Shown here one piece after another: positions 1 to 8,774 of a stretch of DNA of 64,000 nt. The number at the start of each line of letters is the position of its first letter. Positions within the stretch are counted from its first letter, which is position 1. Source of the DNA: a virus. Its lineage: Duplodnaviria; Caudoviricetes. The stretch covers positions 14,262 through 78,261 of IMG/VR virus record IMGVR_UViG_2844540631_000002, one strand, 5' to 3'. The position numbers and the translations under genes are program-made. The notes under the pieces were generated by a model. It was given only the letters and a program-made list of their open reading frames with translations. It did no database searches and was not told the origin of the DNA.

Positions 1-96
1 GGCCAAAAAGGAGCGCCAGGCCCCGCCCCCCGGGAAGGCGGCGCCGGCGAAGTCCTGGGCGCAGCTTGCAACCCCCAATGTCCACAGGAGCAGGCC

Positions 97-774
97 GTGA
101 CGTGCGCAGCGAAGCCCCTCACCGATGAGCAGCAGGCGCTGTGCCTCCAGTGGGAGGGGTACGCCCTCATGCTGGCCCACCGGCACCTTGCGCGGGCCAG
201 GCACCTCCGACGGCAGGACGAGGACGTCCTCCAGGAGGCGCGGCTCGCCGTGGTGCGCGCTGCCCAGACGTGGAAGCCGGAGTTGGGGAAGTTCTGCACC
301 TACGTCCTCTGGTGGGTGCGGAGCTTCCTCGGCAAGTACGACAGGCGCGGCTCGCGCGTGGTGCCGCTCCCGGCGGGCGAGTGGGTGCCGCCGCGAGAGT
401 GGAGCCTCGACCAGCCTTCATCCGCTGTGGAGGGTGAGGAGGCGGACTCCACGCGGCTGGACCTGTTCACCCACGCCCCGGCGGAGGATGGGCTGGAGTC
501 CCGGGACGGTGAGCGCCTCATGGCCCAGGCAGCCGATGCGCTGATGCGTCTCCGCCTCGCGGAGCTGAGCGATAGGCCGACTCGCACCCAGCGGGCACGT
601 GTCCGGAGGGACGTCGCCCTCTTCCTCCGTTACCGCTTCGAGGGTGTGACGCTGGATATGCTCGCGTCCGAGTCCGGACTCACCACGCGCGAAGCTGTCC
701 GGCAAATCGTGCTGCGAATCCAGCCTGCCTTTGACACCTGGGCGGCTGAGCTGCGCGCAGAGGCGGAAGGGTAG
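97..774 (+). CDS. Sigma-70-family RNA polymerase sigma factor-like protein
   Basis: Region-2-like DVLQEARLAVVRAAQTWKPELGKFCTYVLWWVR; region-4-like HTH GVTLDMLASESGLTTREAVRQI. Confidence 0.75.
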   Translation: MTCAAKPLTDEQQALCLQWEGYALMLAHRHLARARHLRRQDEDVLQEARLAVVRAAQTWKPELGKFCTYVLWWVRSFLGKYDRRGSRVVPLPAGEWVPPREWSLDQPSSAVEGEEADSTRLDLFTHAPAEDGLESRDGERLMAQAADALMRLRLAELSDRPTRTQRARVRRDVALFLRYRFEGVTLDMLASESGLTTREAVRQIVLRIQPAFDTWAAELRAEAEG

Positions 775-776
775 CC

Positions 777-1061
777 ATGGCGTGCGCCCGTCCCGTCCAG
801 CTCGAGCTGCCCTTGTCGCCACCGCGGCGCCGGCGCGGGGCCGAAGAGGGGGTGTGCCTCCGTGGTGCAGGTGGGCTCGACTGGCGCGAGGCGCGGCGCC
901 TGGCGGACCGCGCACGGGAGCTCCTCCGCAAGGGAATCGCCCCCACCGTCGTGCATGAGGAGACGGGCATCCGCCTCAACACGTTGCACCAGATGCTGAC
1001 GCGGCTCCGCCGTTTGCGCTGTGGGACTCCTGGGGTACCCCAGAGGGATGACCTGCGCTGA
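777..1061 (+). CDS. Small hypothetical protein with possible HTH
   Basis: ARELLRKGIAPTVVHEETGIRLNTLHQM; starts 2 nt after sigma stop. Confidence 0.5.
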   Translation: MACARPVQLELPLSPPRRRRGAEEGVCLRGAGGLDWREARRLADRARELLRKGIAPTVVHEETGIRLNTLHQMLTRLRRLRCGTPGVPQRDDLR

Positions 1062-2055
1062 CCAGCTCAAGGCCGCTCGCCTGTTGAACGCCTTCATCGC
1101 CACGTTGCGCGCCCGGCCCGAGGACAGGGACGAGGTGCTGGAGCGGCACGTGGCTTACGTGGGGGGGCCGGGTATGAGTGCGATTGACTTGGCGAAGTTG
1201 AAGTTGCTGGCGCAGGCGGCCCTCCCTGGTGGAGCAGGGTTCACGGCCTTGGTGATCTTCCGAGAGGTTGCGAACCCCGCCGCCGTCCTCGCGTTGATGG
1301 CAAGGCTTGAGGCAGCCGAGGAGCACGCGAAGACGCAGCATGATCGCGTGGAGTTCATCCTCAAGGACAATGAGCGGTTCCAGGCGCTGGCGACCGAGCA
1401 CGCCGAGGCTCGAAGGAATGCGGAGGCATCCGAGGCCGCGCTGATTGAGCGGGTGGAGGAAGCCGAGCGCCGTGCCGACCTCCGCCAGAAGTTGCTGGAC
1501 GCGGAGAAGGCTGAGCGTGATGCGTTACGGGAGCGGCTCCAGGGCGCCCAGGAGGAGGCGTATGGGGCGTTGGATGCCGCGCGAGCGGCAAACGAGGAGG
1601 CAGGGCGCCGCAGCGCGGAGATTGAATCGCTGAAGAAGCGCGCGGAGTTGGCGGAGAGCCGCAAGGAGCACACCGAGTACTGGTACGGCGTCCGGCTTGA
1701 GCGCCTGAAGGACATGGCGAAGGAGCGCGGATTCTGGCGGGAGATGGCCGCCATCATCGCCAACGGCACGGTCGGTGATGAGCCGCCCACCTACGCCCAG
1801 CAACTCAATCTGGCCATCGGTCGCGCCGAGGACGCCAAGAAGAAGAATGCCGCTCTACTGACGCGCGTCTCACAGTTCGAGGCGCTCGCCAGGGCGGCGC
1901 TGCTGGCGTTCCAGTACATCGACGACCGCTCGGCGGGCAGCTCTGATGCGTGGAATGCGCTCGCCAGTGCGCTGGGGATGGACCCGGGGGAGTCGGACGT
2001 CTCCGAGATGGTGACGGCGCTTCAGGCACTGGCCGTCACGTCGGAGGGACGATGA
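1048..2055 (+). CDS. Ead/Ea22-like coiled-coil phage protein
   Basis: IDLAKLKLLAQAA...ANPAAVLALMARLEAAE matches the Ead/Ea22 motif; long coiled coil follows. Confidence 0.6.
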   Translation: MTCADQLKAARLLNAFIATLRARPEDRDEVLERHVAYVGGPGMSAIDLAKLKLLAQAALPGGAGFTALVIFREVANPAAVLALMARLEAAEEHAKTQHDRVEFILKDNERFQALATEHAEARRNAEASEAALIERVEEAERRADLRQKLLDAEKAERDALRERLQGAQEEAYGALDAARAANEEAGRRSAEIESLKKRAELAESRKEHTEYWYGVRLERLKDMAKERGFWREMAAIIANGTVGDEPPTYAQQLNLAIGRAEDAKKKNAALLTRVSQFEALARAALLAFQYIDDRSAGSSDAWNALASALGMDPGESDVSEMVTALQALAVTSEGR

Positions 2056-2237
2056 GCCCGCTCCTCTTCGCGCTGGTGGATGCGGGGCTGGTGGGCCGCG
2101 TGGAAGTGGCGCTGCGGGATTCTCTCAATCCGGCCCTGGATAGGTTCGCTGCCAGCGAGGCGCAGGTCGCCTTCAATGACACTGCCGCGACATGGAACTG
2201 GTGGCGCTCCCTCTGGCCGTTGGGAGGTAGGGCGTGA
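2052..2237 (+). CDS. Hypothetical protein
   Basis: ATGA overlap with upstream stop; GGAGG RBS. Confidence 0.5.
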   Translation: MSPLLFALVDAGLVGRVEVALRDSLNPALDRFAASEAQVAFNDTAATWNWWRSLWPLGGRA

Positions 2238-2635
2238 CGGAGCTCCTGACCAGCCTCCTGGTTGCTGGGCTCGCATATGGACTCGGCTGGTGGGCTGGGC
2301 GCGCCGGCGCCAGGCAGCAGGCGAGTGGTATCCCTGCCGCTCCCGCCCCTGCGCCATCGCGAGCCCCCATTGCGAGCCGGACCTGGGAGTCCCACTTCGG
2401 CCCTGATGGCACGGTGATTTTGTACCTGCGCATGTCCCTGGCCGACGAGGTGCAGACGGCTACGGGGACTGTCGGGGTGACGATTCCGCCGGGCGAGGTT
2501 GCCAAGGACGTCAAGGCCCGGCTGATTCAGCGGCAGGCGGACCTGGTGGACAACTGCCTCGGCTGGGGCATGCGCGTCCCTGAGATGACGGCCGCTGCGC
2601 CCGGCAAGCCGCGCAGGCAAGAGGCGGCATCATGA
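2234..2635 (+). CDS. Hypothetical protein with N-terminal membrane anchor
   Basis: Overlapping start/stop chain; LLTSLLVAGLAYGLGWW. Confidence 0.55.
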   Translation: MTELLTSLLVAGLAYGLGWWAGRAGARQQASGIPAAPAPAPSRAPIASRTWESHFGPDGTVILYLRMSLADEVQTATGTVGVTIPPGEVAKDVKARLIQRQADLVDNCLGWGMRVPEMTAAAPGKPRRQEAAS

Positions 2636-3165
2636 CGCTCAGCGAGCGCCGGGACATCGAGGACGCACTGACGCGCCTCTGGCCACGTATCCAGGTGCAG
2701 ACGCCGGAGGAGGGCGCGGCCGTGGCCGTCCTGCGCGCCGTCTACCCGTCGCTGCCGGTGCCTGGGGATGCGGTGGACACCATCGGCTGGTGCACTGGCC
2801 TCCCGTCTCCAGAAGATGTGACGGCTCACGCGCAGGCAGCTGCCGTCCACGACGACGGCGCCCAGTGGCTGTGCACCGACCGCACGTTCCCAGGGGTGAC
2901 TGTCATCCGTCTGAAGGTCCTCGACGGCCGCGTCATGCTCCAGAACGGCCACTCCTTCTGGCAGGCGCTGGACGAATGCCGGTGGGCGCCGAAGGCACGC
3001 TTCCGGCCCGTGGATGTCGAGGGCTGCGCGATGCCTCGGCCACCTGCGACGAGGGGCGGAAGGGCTCCCGTGCGTCCCACCTGCCCGAAGTGCAAGGCCT
3101 CGTCCTGCGTGGCCCCGGGCCGGTGCGACGACCCGGAGCACTTCTTCGGAGGGATTGGGCCTTGA
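2632..3165 (+). CDS. Hypothetical protein with C-terminal Cys cluster
   Basis: ATGA coupling; CPKCKASSC...C..H. Confidence 0.55.
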   Translation: MTLSERRDIEDALTRLWPRIQVQTPEEGAAVAVLRAVYPSLPVPGDAVDTIGWCTGLPSPEDVTAHAQAAAVHDDGAQWLCTDRTFPGVTVIRLKVLDGRVMLQNGHSFWQALDECRWAPKARFRPVDVEGCAMPRPPATRGGRAPVRPTCPKCKASSCVAPGRCDDPEHFFGGIGP

Positions 3166-3359
3166 CGCTCCCCGAATGGCTTGTCACCGCGGTGGCCTAC
3201 GCCGTCATCAGCACCGGCGCGGCCTACCTGCTGTCGGTGTGCCTCAGCATCTCCATCGCCTTGCTGGAGCACGCCCTGCGCTGCCTGGGCCTTTGGCGGG
3301 ACGTCGCGATGGCGCTGTTCGTCGTCTGGGCACAACGGAAGAAGGGGAAGCGGACATGA
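3162..3359 (+). CDS. Small membrane protein
   Basis: TTGA coupling; hydrophobic sequence ending QRKKGKRT. Confidence 0.45.
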   Translation: MTLPEWLVTAVAYAVISTGAAYLLSVCLSISIALLEHALRCLGLWRDVAMALFVVWAQRKKGKRT

Positions 3360-4540
3360 GGACGTGCGGACACAACACGGCGCAGTACAGGTGTGACACC
3401 TGCGTGGAGGACGTGCGGCGCCAACTCCCGCGTTTCCCTCTCCAACTAATGCGTGGGGCTGTCGGTCCGGTTGCCATCCCCTGGCCTGTGGCCGAGCGTG
3501 CCTGGGCCGTCTACGCGCAGTTGCACGGCACCAGCCAGAGCGTGGAGCGCCTCGCCGAGCGTGGCGGCTTCAACTGGGGCGAGATGGACCTGTACCTGCC
3601 CGGGTGGCGCGAACTGGCGCGGAGACCTCCAGTCCCCCAGCCTCCGGCGGCGCGAGGAACGGGGCTGTTCATCGTCGTGGAGGGCGGCGACGGCGCGGGG
3701 AAGTCGGAGCTCCTGCGGGGCTTGGCCCAGGCTCTCAAGGCGGACGGCCACCAGGTGGTGCTCACCGCGGAGCCGAGCACCGGCCCCACCGGCCAGCAGC
3801 TGCGCGCGCTGCTCGCGGACCCAGAGGCGGCTCAGGCCACATCCCCCGCAGAGTGGGCGCTGCTCTTCGCCGCGGACCGCCTGCACCACCTGCGCACCGT
3901 GGTCCGGCCCGCGCTCGCGGCCGGCTTCCTGGTTCTGTCCAGCCGCTACACCCTCTCGTCGCTGGCGTACCAGGGGCCGGCGCTGGGGATGGAGTGGGTC
4001 GAGGTGGTGAACGCGCACGCGCAGGCACCCGACCTGCTGCTCTTCGTCGACACCCCGCCGGAGGTTGGCCTGGCTCGACTGGCCGGCCAGCGGGAAGCGG
4101 ATGCCTTCGAGACGCTGGAGCGGGCGCGCGCCGCCGCCGCGGGGTACGCCCAGGCCCTGGCGCGCGTCGAGGCCTCCGGCGGGACGGTTCACCGTCTGGA
4201 CGGAACCCTGATCGTCGAGGAACTGGTGGAGAGGGCGAGGGCGCTGGTCCCCCGGCTGCCTCTGCTCAGGAAGGGGAAGGGCGCGGGCCTGGGCGAGATG
4301 CTGGAGCCCACCTGCGACCACGACGTCCAGCCCGTGCCCGGCGACGAGGACTGGGGCCGGTGTGTGCGGTGTCGGGAAGAGGGATTCCCGCTCACTGAGC
4401 GCTCGGCCTACGGAGACGTGAAGTGCAGGACCTGCAAGGACACGGGGTTGGTGCCGTGCCTCTTCGAGAAGCCGGGACAGCTCTTCGGGGACCGTGCGTG
4501 CCCTGCGGAGGGGTGCCAGGCGGGAAGGGACGCGACGTGA
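3356..4540 (+). CDS. tmk: Thymidylate kinase with N-terminal phage domain and C-terminal Cys-rich extension
   Basis: FIVVEGGDGAGKS P-loop; TAEPSTG; LLFAADRLHH; SRYTLSSLAYQG. Confidence 0.85.
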   Translation: MRTCGHNTAQYRCDTCVEDVRRQLPRFPLQLMRGAVGPVAIPWPVAERAWAVYAQLHGTSQSVERLAERGGFNWGEMDLYLPGWRELARRPPVPQPPAARGTGLFIVVEGGDGAGKSELLRGLAQALKADGHQVVLTAEPSTGPTGQQLRALLADPEAAQATSPAEWALLFAADRLHHLRTVVRPALAAGFLVLSSRYTLSSLAYQGPALGMEWVEVVNAHAQAPDLLLFVDTPPEVGLARLAGQREADAFETLERARAAAAGYAQALARVEASGGTVHRLDGTLIVEELVERARALVPRLPLLRKGKGAGLGEMLEPTCDHDVQPVPGDEDWGRCVRCREEGFPLTERSAYGDVKCRTCKDTGLVPCLFEKPGQLFGDRACPAEGCQAGRDAT

Positions 4541-5010
4541 CGAACCGGACGCGGGTGTCGTGCGCGCTGAATCGCCTGGGCGCCGTCGTCGTCCGCAAGG
4601 CGGAGGTGGTGGAGGGCAGCGGAGAGCGCGTGGCGGTGTGGACGTTGCCAGGGGACGTGGGGATTCGTGCCCTCCCGGGCGCCAGCTCGTCCCCCGCGGC
4701 GTGGGCCCTGCTCGCGGAGGACTGCGAGGTGCGAGCTCGGGCGGCAGGTGCTGGTCCTGGGCGGACGGCGTGGGAGGCGCTGGTCCTGGACGCCAAGGCC
4801 CGGCCTGCCCAGGGCCTGCGGGCAGGAGGTACCCCGGGAGCGGAGGGTGACACGGCCGGGAATGCCTACCGGGTAGCCCTGGACGGAGCGGTGTGCTGGC
4901 GCCAGGAGGCGGAGGCGACGGGGAAGTACGAGGACTGGGAGTTGTACGACTCGGCGCTTCACCACGCATGGCGGTGCCGTGCGTACCTGCTCCGGAGGGA
5001 TGGGCCATGA
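4537..5010 (+). CDS. Hypothetical protein
   Basis: GTGA coupling to tmk stop. Confidence 0.5.
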   Translation: MTNRTRVSCALNRLGAVVVRKAEVVEGSGERVAVWTLPGDVGIRALPGASSSPAAWALLAEDCEVRARAAGAGPGRTAWEALVLDAKARPAQGLRAGGTPGAEGDTAGNAYRVALDGAVCWRQEAEATGKYEDWELYDSALHHAWRCRAYLLRRDGP

Positions 5011-5264
5011 AGGGGGCGGAGAACGTCGAGGACCCGGGCGGGCGCTTCGCGTACCGGGACATCACCTTCAATGACGCGGACGGCCCCCATGTCGTCTGCG
5101 TCTTCTGCGCGGGCCGTGTGGCCACGCGGCTCTGTGACGCACCAGTGCCGCCACGGATGGAACGAGGCAAGGTTCGGCACACCTGCGACAACACGCTGTG
5201 CGCGGAGAGCTCCCAGCGCATCGGGAAGAAGGACTACTGCCCCAGCCATAGGAGGGAGGAGTGA
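5007..5264 (+). CDS. Small Cys-rich (zinc-binding?) protein
   Basis: CVFC...C...CDNTLC...YCPSH; ATGA coupling. Confidence 0.55.
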   Translation: MKGAENVEDPGGRFAYRDITFNDADGPHVVCVFCAGRVATRLCDAPVPPRMERGKVRHTCDNTLCAESSQRIGKKDYCPSHRREE

Positions 5265-5441
5265 CACCCCACGTGCACCGTCCTCCCCGGTGCCGCTTGT
5301 GCGGCAGGCCCCTGGGCTGCATGTGCCCGAAGCTCCCGTTCCGCGCCCCAGCGCACGCCAATTGGGGCCGGTCCGTGCCCGCCACGCAGCCCCGGGGCGC
5401 CTCTCGTGCGCCTCCCGTCGCCGGGTGATACTGGAGGCGCC

Positions 5442-5786
5442 ATGCCGTCCTGCTCCCAACCTCCTGCGCAGTGCTCCGAGGCTGACTGCCGCAACGCGGC
5501 CGCGCCCCGGCACAAGCGGTGCTGGGCGCACCTCAAGCGGGTGACGCGGGGCCAGTCGATGTCGACGCCCCTGGCGCCGGCATATGAGTCCCCCTGGGAG
5601 CGACTCACCGCCGCTGCCCTGGCCTACGCCGACGCCAGCGACGACGAGGAGGAGTTCGCCAAGGCCAGGGACAGGCTGCGCAAGGCAGCCCTTGCATACG
5701 CTGGGGAGACTCGTCGGCCGGACGCTCCTTCGCCGCCACGGCGCCGACGAATCAGTCAGCGTGAAGTGCAACTCCAGCTTTGGTAA
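5442..5786 (+). CDS. Hypothetical protein with N-terminal C-C-C-H motif
   Basis: GGAGG RBS before ATG 5442; CSEADC...RCWAH. Confidence 0.55.
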   Translation: MPSCSQPPAQCSEADCRNAAAPRHKRCWAHLKRVTRGQSMSTPLAPAYESPWERLTAAALAYADASDDEEEFAKARDRLRKAALAYAGETRRPDAPSPPRRRRISQREVQLQLW

Positions 5787-5801
5787 CTCCAGCTTTGGTA
5801 A
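5770..5801. repeat. Perfect 15-bp tandem duplication
   Basis: AACTCCAGCTTTGGT x2 followed by AA. Confidence 0.9.
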
Positions 5802-5874
5802 GGAAGAGCCGACGGGGACGCGTAGATCAACACCCTGGCGCCTTCGCAGTGCGCGGGGGCCCACTGTTGCGCCG

Positions 5875-6468
5875 CTACTCCCCCTTGCCGCCCGTTGCCT
5901 TGCCAATGATGCCGGCGATGCGCTCCGCGTAATGGAGGACCGAGTGCCACGTCACCCACCAACTGGTGGTGGCGACCTTCAGGTAGATGAACCAGAAAGG
6001 CCGACCAGCCGCCGACATCGCATTGATTCGTTCAAGCGCGTCGCCAATCTCCTCGCTGGCCAGTCGTTTTGGCACCCACATCGACAGCAAGTCGAGCATC
6101 CACGTGGCTCGTTGAACGGTTGGGTGCCCGCCACGCGCCATGAGGGCTCCGGCGGTTGTTGAGAAGGCACGCCCAATCGCTCGTGCCATGCGGATATGCA
6201 AGGGACTTGAAACCTGCTCACGCTCAGGCCGGAATTGTTCAAGGCCTTTGCCGTTCGGTCTGCTCATCTCAGCGAGGAACCAGCTCTCATTGGGACGAGT
6301 TTTCCCACGGAGCGGAGGGGCGGAGCGTTGTGCAGCCGCGCGAAGGAGTTTGCGCTGGAGCTCAACAATGGCTGCGCGGGAGAGGCAATCCGGATCGAAA
6401 CACTGGTGCTCGGCGTCAGGCCTCAGGCGCGAGAAGGATTTCTTCAAGTTGCGAGAGCGCTGCTTCAT
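5875..6468 (-). CDS. PadR-associated putative membrane protein
   Basis: Coupled to PadR stop; EEIGDALERI segment and Trp-rich hydrophobic C-terminus; true start uncertain. Confidence 0.5.
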   Translation of the reverse strand: MKQRSRNLKKSFSRLRPDAEHQCFDPDCLSRAAIVELQRKLLRAAAQRSAPPLRGKTRPNESWFLAEMSRPNGKGLEQFRPEREQVSSPLHIRMARAIGRAFSTTAGALMARGGHPTVQRATWMLDLLSMWVPKRLASEEIGDALERINAMSAAGRPFWFIYLKVATTSWWVTWHSVLHYAERIAGIIGKATGGKGE

Positions 6469-6779
6469 GTGAGCGCCTCCGTTGGAACCAGCCCAAAGAG
6501 TCCTGAAAGAGCTTGCCGTTGCTCCGTTGCCGCGCGGCGCCCCTCGCCGGTTAGTTCGTAGTACCGGCGCGGGCGCCCACCCCGTTCTGGAACCGGCTCG
6601 CCATCAAAGCTGCGTAGCAGCCCGTCGCGCTCCATCGCTCGGAGTGCAGGGTAGACGGTACCCTCAAGCAGGGTGATGCTCCCCCCGGTTCGCTCCCGGA
6701 CCTGGTCGATGATTTCCAGGCCGTAGCTCTTCCCTCGTGTGAGCACGGCCAGGATTGCTGCCTGTGTCAGTGACGTCAT
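6465..6779 (-). CDS. PadR-family transcriptional regulator
   Basis: SYGLEII...GTVYPALRAMERDGLL...GRPRRYYELTGEGR. Confidence 0.92.
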   Translation of the reverse strand: MTSLTQAAILAVLTRGKSYGLEIIDQVRERTGGSITLLEGTVYPALRAMERDGLLRSFDGEPVPERGGRPRRYYELTGEGRRAATEQRQALSGLFGLVPTEALT

Positions 6780-6889
6780 GACCGGATAGTAATCTCAGGT
6801 TTCGGGGTTGCAACCTAGAATCATGAGAATTGGTCTCCTTGTGGGCGTCCAGGTGGAGGAGGCGAGCCCGTATCCGACCTTCCTTCCGA

Positions 6890-7510
6890 ATGGCTCCTCG
6901 CCGGACGGTGTCCACGCTGCCCGGGAGACTCCTCCCTGTGGCAAGCAAGCGTCGCAGGCAGTCCAGCTCCAGCCCTGGCCCGAAGGCCCCCGCTGAGTCC
7001 TCGCGGGCGCTGACGGCGAAGCAGCGCCGGTTCGCCGAGCTGTACGATGGCAACGGCACGGAGGCCGCGCGCCAAGCCGGGTACTCAGGCAGCGACAACG
7101 TCCTGGCCCAGACCGCCCGGGGGCTCCTCAGAAATCCTCACATTCGCGCACTCATTGACGCGCGCGAAGGGAAGCAGGTCGGCCCCCGCATCGCCACGCG
7201 GGAGCAGCGACAGGCCTTCTGGACTGAGGTGATGGGGGACGTAGACGAGGCGACGTTGGCTCGCCTCAAGGCGTCGGAACTCCTGGGCAAGAGCCAGGGG
7301 GACTTCCTCGAGCGGGTGGAGATGGCCGGCAAGGGCGGCGGTCCCGTCCAGGCCGAGGTGAAGGCCGACGTGAAGGCCGAGGTGAAGCATGTCGAGCCCG
7401 ACCCCGAGCGTATTGCAACCATCGCAGCCATTCTCGCCCGGCTGGGTGCGCTCCCTGCCCCCGGAAGCACAGAGCCAGCTCGCGCGGCTGATGGAGCCGC
7501 GCATGACTAA
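6890..7510 (+). CDS. terS: Terminase small subunit
   Basis: LTAKQRRFAELY..NGTEAARQAGYS...LLRNPHI; RLKASELLGK; precedes TerL. Confidence 0.9.
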   Translation: MAPRRTVSTLPGRLLPVASKRRRQSSSSPGPKAPAESSRALTAKQRRFAELYDGNGTEAARQAGYSGSDNVLAQTARGLLRNPHIRALIDAREGKQVGPRIATREQRQAFWTEVMGDVDEATLARLKASELLGKSQGDFLERVEMAGKGGGPVQAEVKADVKAEVKHVEPDPERIATIAAILARLGALPAPGSTEPARAADGAAHD

Positions 7511-8774
7511 GTACGTGCCGCACCGGCCGCACGCCACCCAGGCGGCATTCCTCCTGCTGGGCGCGGTGCGCGAGGTGCTCTTCGGTGGGGCCGCAGGCGG
7601 CGGCAAGTCCGATGCGCTCCTCATGGCGGCGCTTCAGTACGTCGATGTGCCGGGGTACGCCGCCGTCCTCTTTCGGCGCACGTACCAGGACCTGAACCAG
7701 CCTGACGCGCTGATTCCCCGCAGCAAGGCGTGGTTGATGGGGACGGATGCCCACTGGGACAAGGAGCTTCACCAGTGGAGCTTCCCCGCGGGGAGCGTGC
7801 TGAAGTTCGCGTACCTTCAGCACGCGGACGACGTCTACAACTACCAGGGCGCGGCGTACCAGTTCATCGGCTTCGACGAGGCGACGCAGTTCACCCAGCC
7901 CATGTACGACTACCTTCATGGGCGCCTGCGCAAGCCGGAGTCCATGGATGTGCCGCTGCGCATGAGAGGGAGTGCCAACCCCGGCGGCATTGGCCATGAA
8001 TGGGTGAAGGCGAAGTTCATCGACGTCCCGCCCAGCAGTGAAGTCGCATTCGTGCCCTCGAAGCTGGAGGACAACCCCAGCCTCAACAAGGCGGAGTACG
8101 AGAAAAGCCTCGCCGCCATCGCAGACCCTGTCCTGCGGATGCAGCTCCGCCACGGCGACTGGAATGTGCGCCCGGCAGGCAAGCTTTTCCGCCGCGAGTG
8201 GTTCCACTTCGTGGATGAAGTGCCGGCCGGACTGCGGTGGCTGCGCTACTGGGACCTGGCCGCCACCGAGGAGCGCGTGGGGGCCAGGGGCAAGCCCAAG
8301 AACGACCCGGACTGGACGGCGGGCGCCAAGGTGGCGGTGCGGAAGCTGGAGGGCGGCGCGCACGAGCTGTGGATACGGGACGTGCGCCGCATCCGCGGAA
8401 CGCCCCGCGAGGTGGAGTCCTTCATCCGCGCAACGGCTGAGGAGGATGGGCGGGCCGTCCCAATTTGGCTTGAGGAGGAGGGCGGCAGCAGCGGGAAGAA
8501 CACCACCTACAACTACACCGCGCGCGTCCTTTTCGGCTTCACCGTCCGCGGGCACCGGAAGACGGGCAGCAAGGTGGAGATGTGGGGGCCGGTCAGCTCT
8601 CAGGCCCAGGCTGGAAACGTGCACCTGCTGCGCGGTGCATGGAACAGCTGGTGGGTGGAAGAAGCCGTGGCCGCTCCGAACCCAGGCGTCCACGACGACG
8701 GGCTGGACGCGGTCGCCGGCGGCATGGCGGTGGCGTCCGCCCCCTCTAGCACCATGAACGTGGGGAGCTACTGA
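7503..8774 (+). CDS. terL: Terminase large subunit
   Basis: GGAAGGGKS Walker A; FIGFDEATQF Walker B; ANPGG; YWDLAAT and HDDGLDA nuclease motifs. Confidence 0.95.
   Translation: MTKYVPHRPHATQAAFLLLGAVREVLFGGAAGGGKSDALLMAALQYVDVPGYAAVLFRRTYQDLNQPDALIPRSKAWLMGTDAHWDKELHQWSFPAGSVLKFAYLQHADDVYNYQGAAYQFIGFDEATQFTQPMYDYLHGRLRKPESMDVPLRMRGSANPGGIGHEWVKAKFIDVPPSSEVAFVPSKLEDNPSLNKAEYEKSLAAIADPVLRMQLRHGDWNVRPAGKLFRREWFHFVDEVPAGLRWLRYWDLAATEERVGARGKPKNDPDWTAGAKVAVRKLEGGAHELWIRDVRRIRGTPREVESFIRATAEEDGRAVPIWLEEEGGSSGKNTTYNYTARVLFGFTVRGHRKTGSKVEMWGPVSSQAQAGNVHLLRGAWNSWWVEEAVAAPNPGVHDDGLDAVAGGMAVASAPSSTMNVGSY

Noticed and set aside
7351-7388. AEVK/ADVK/AEVK repeat in TerS
   Set aside because: Short low-complexity coding repeat
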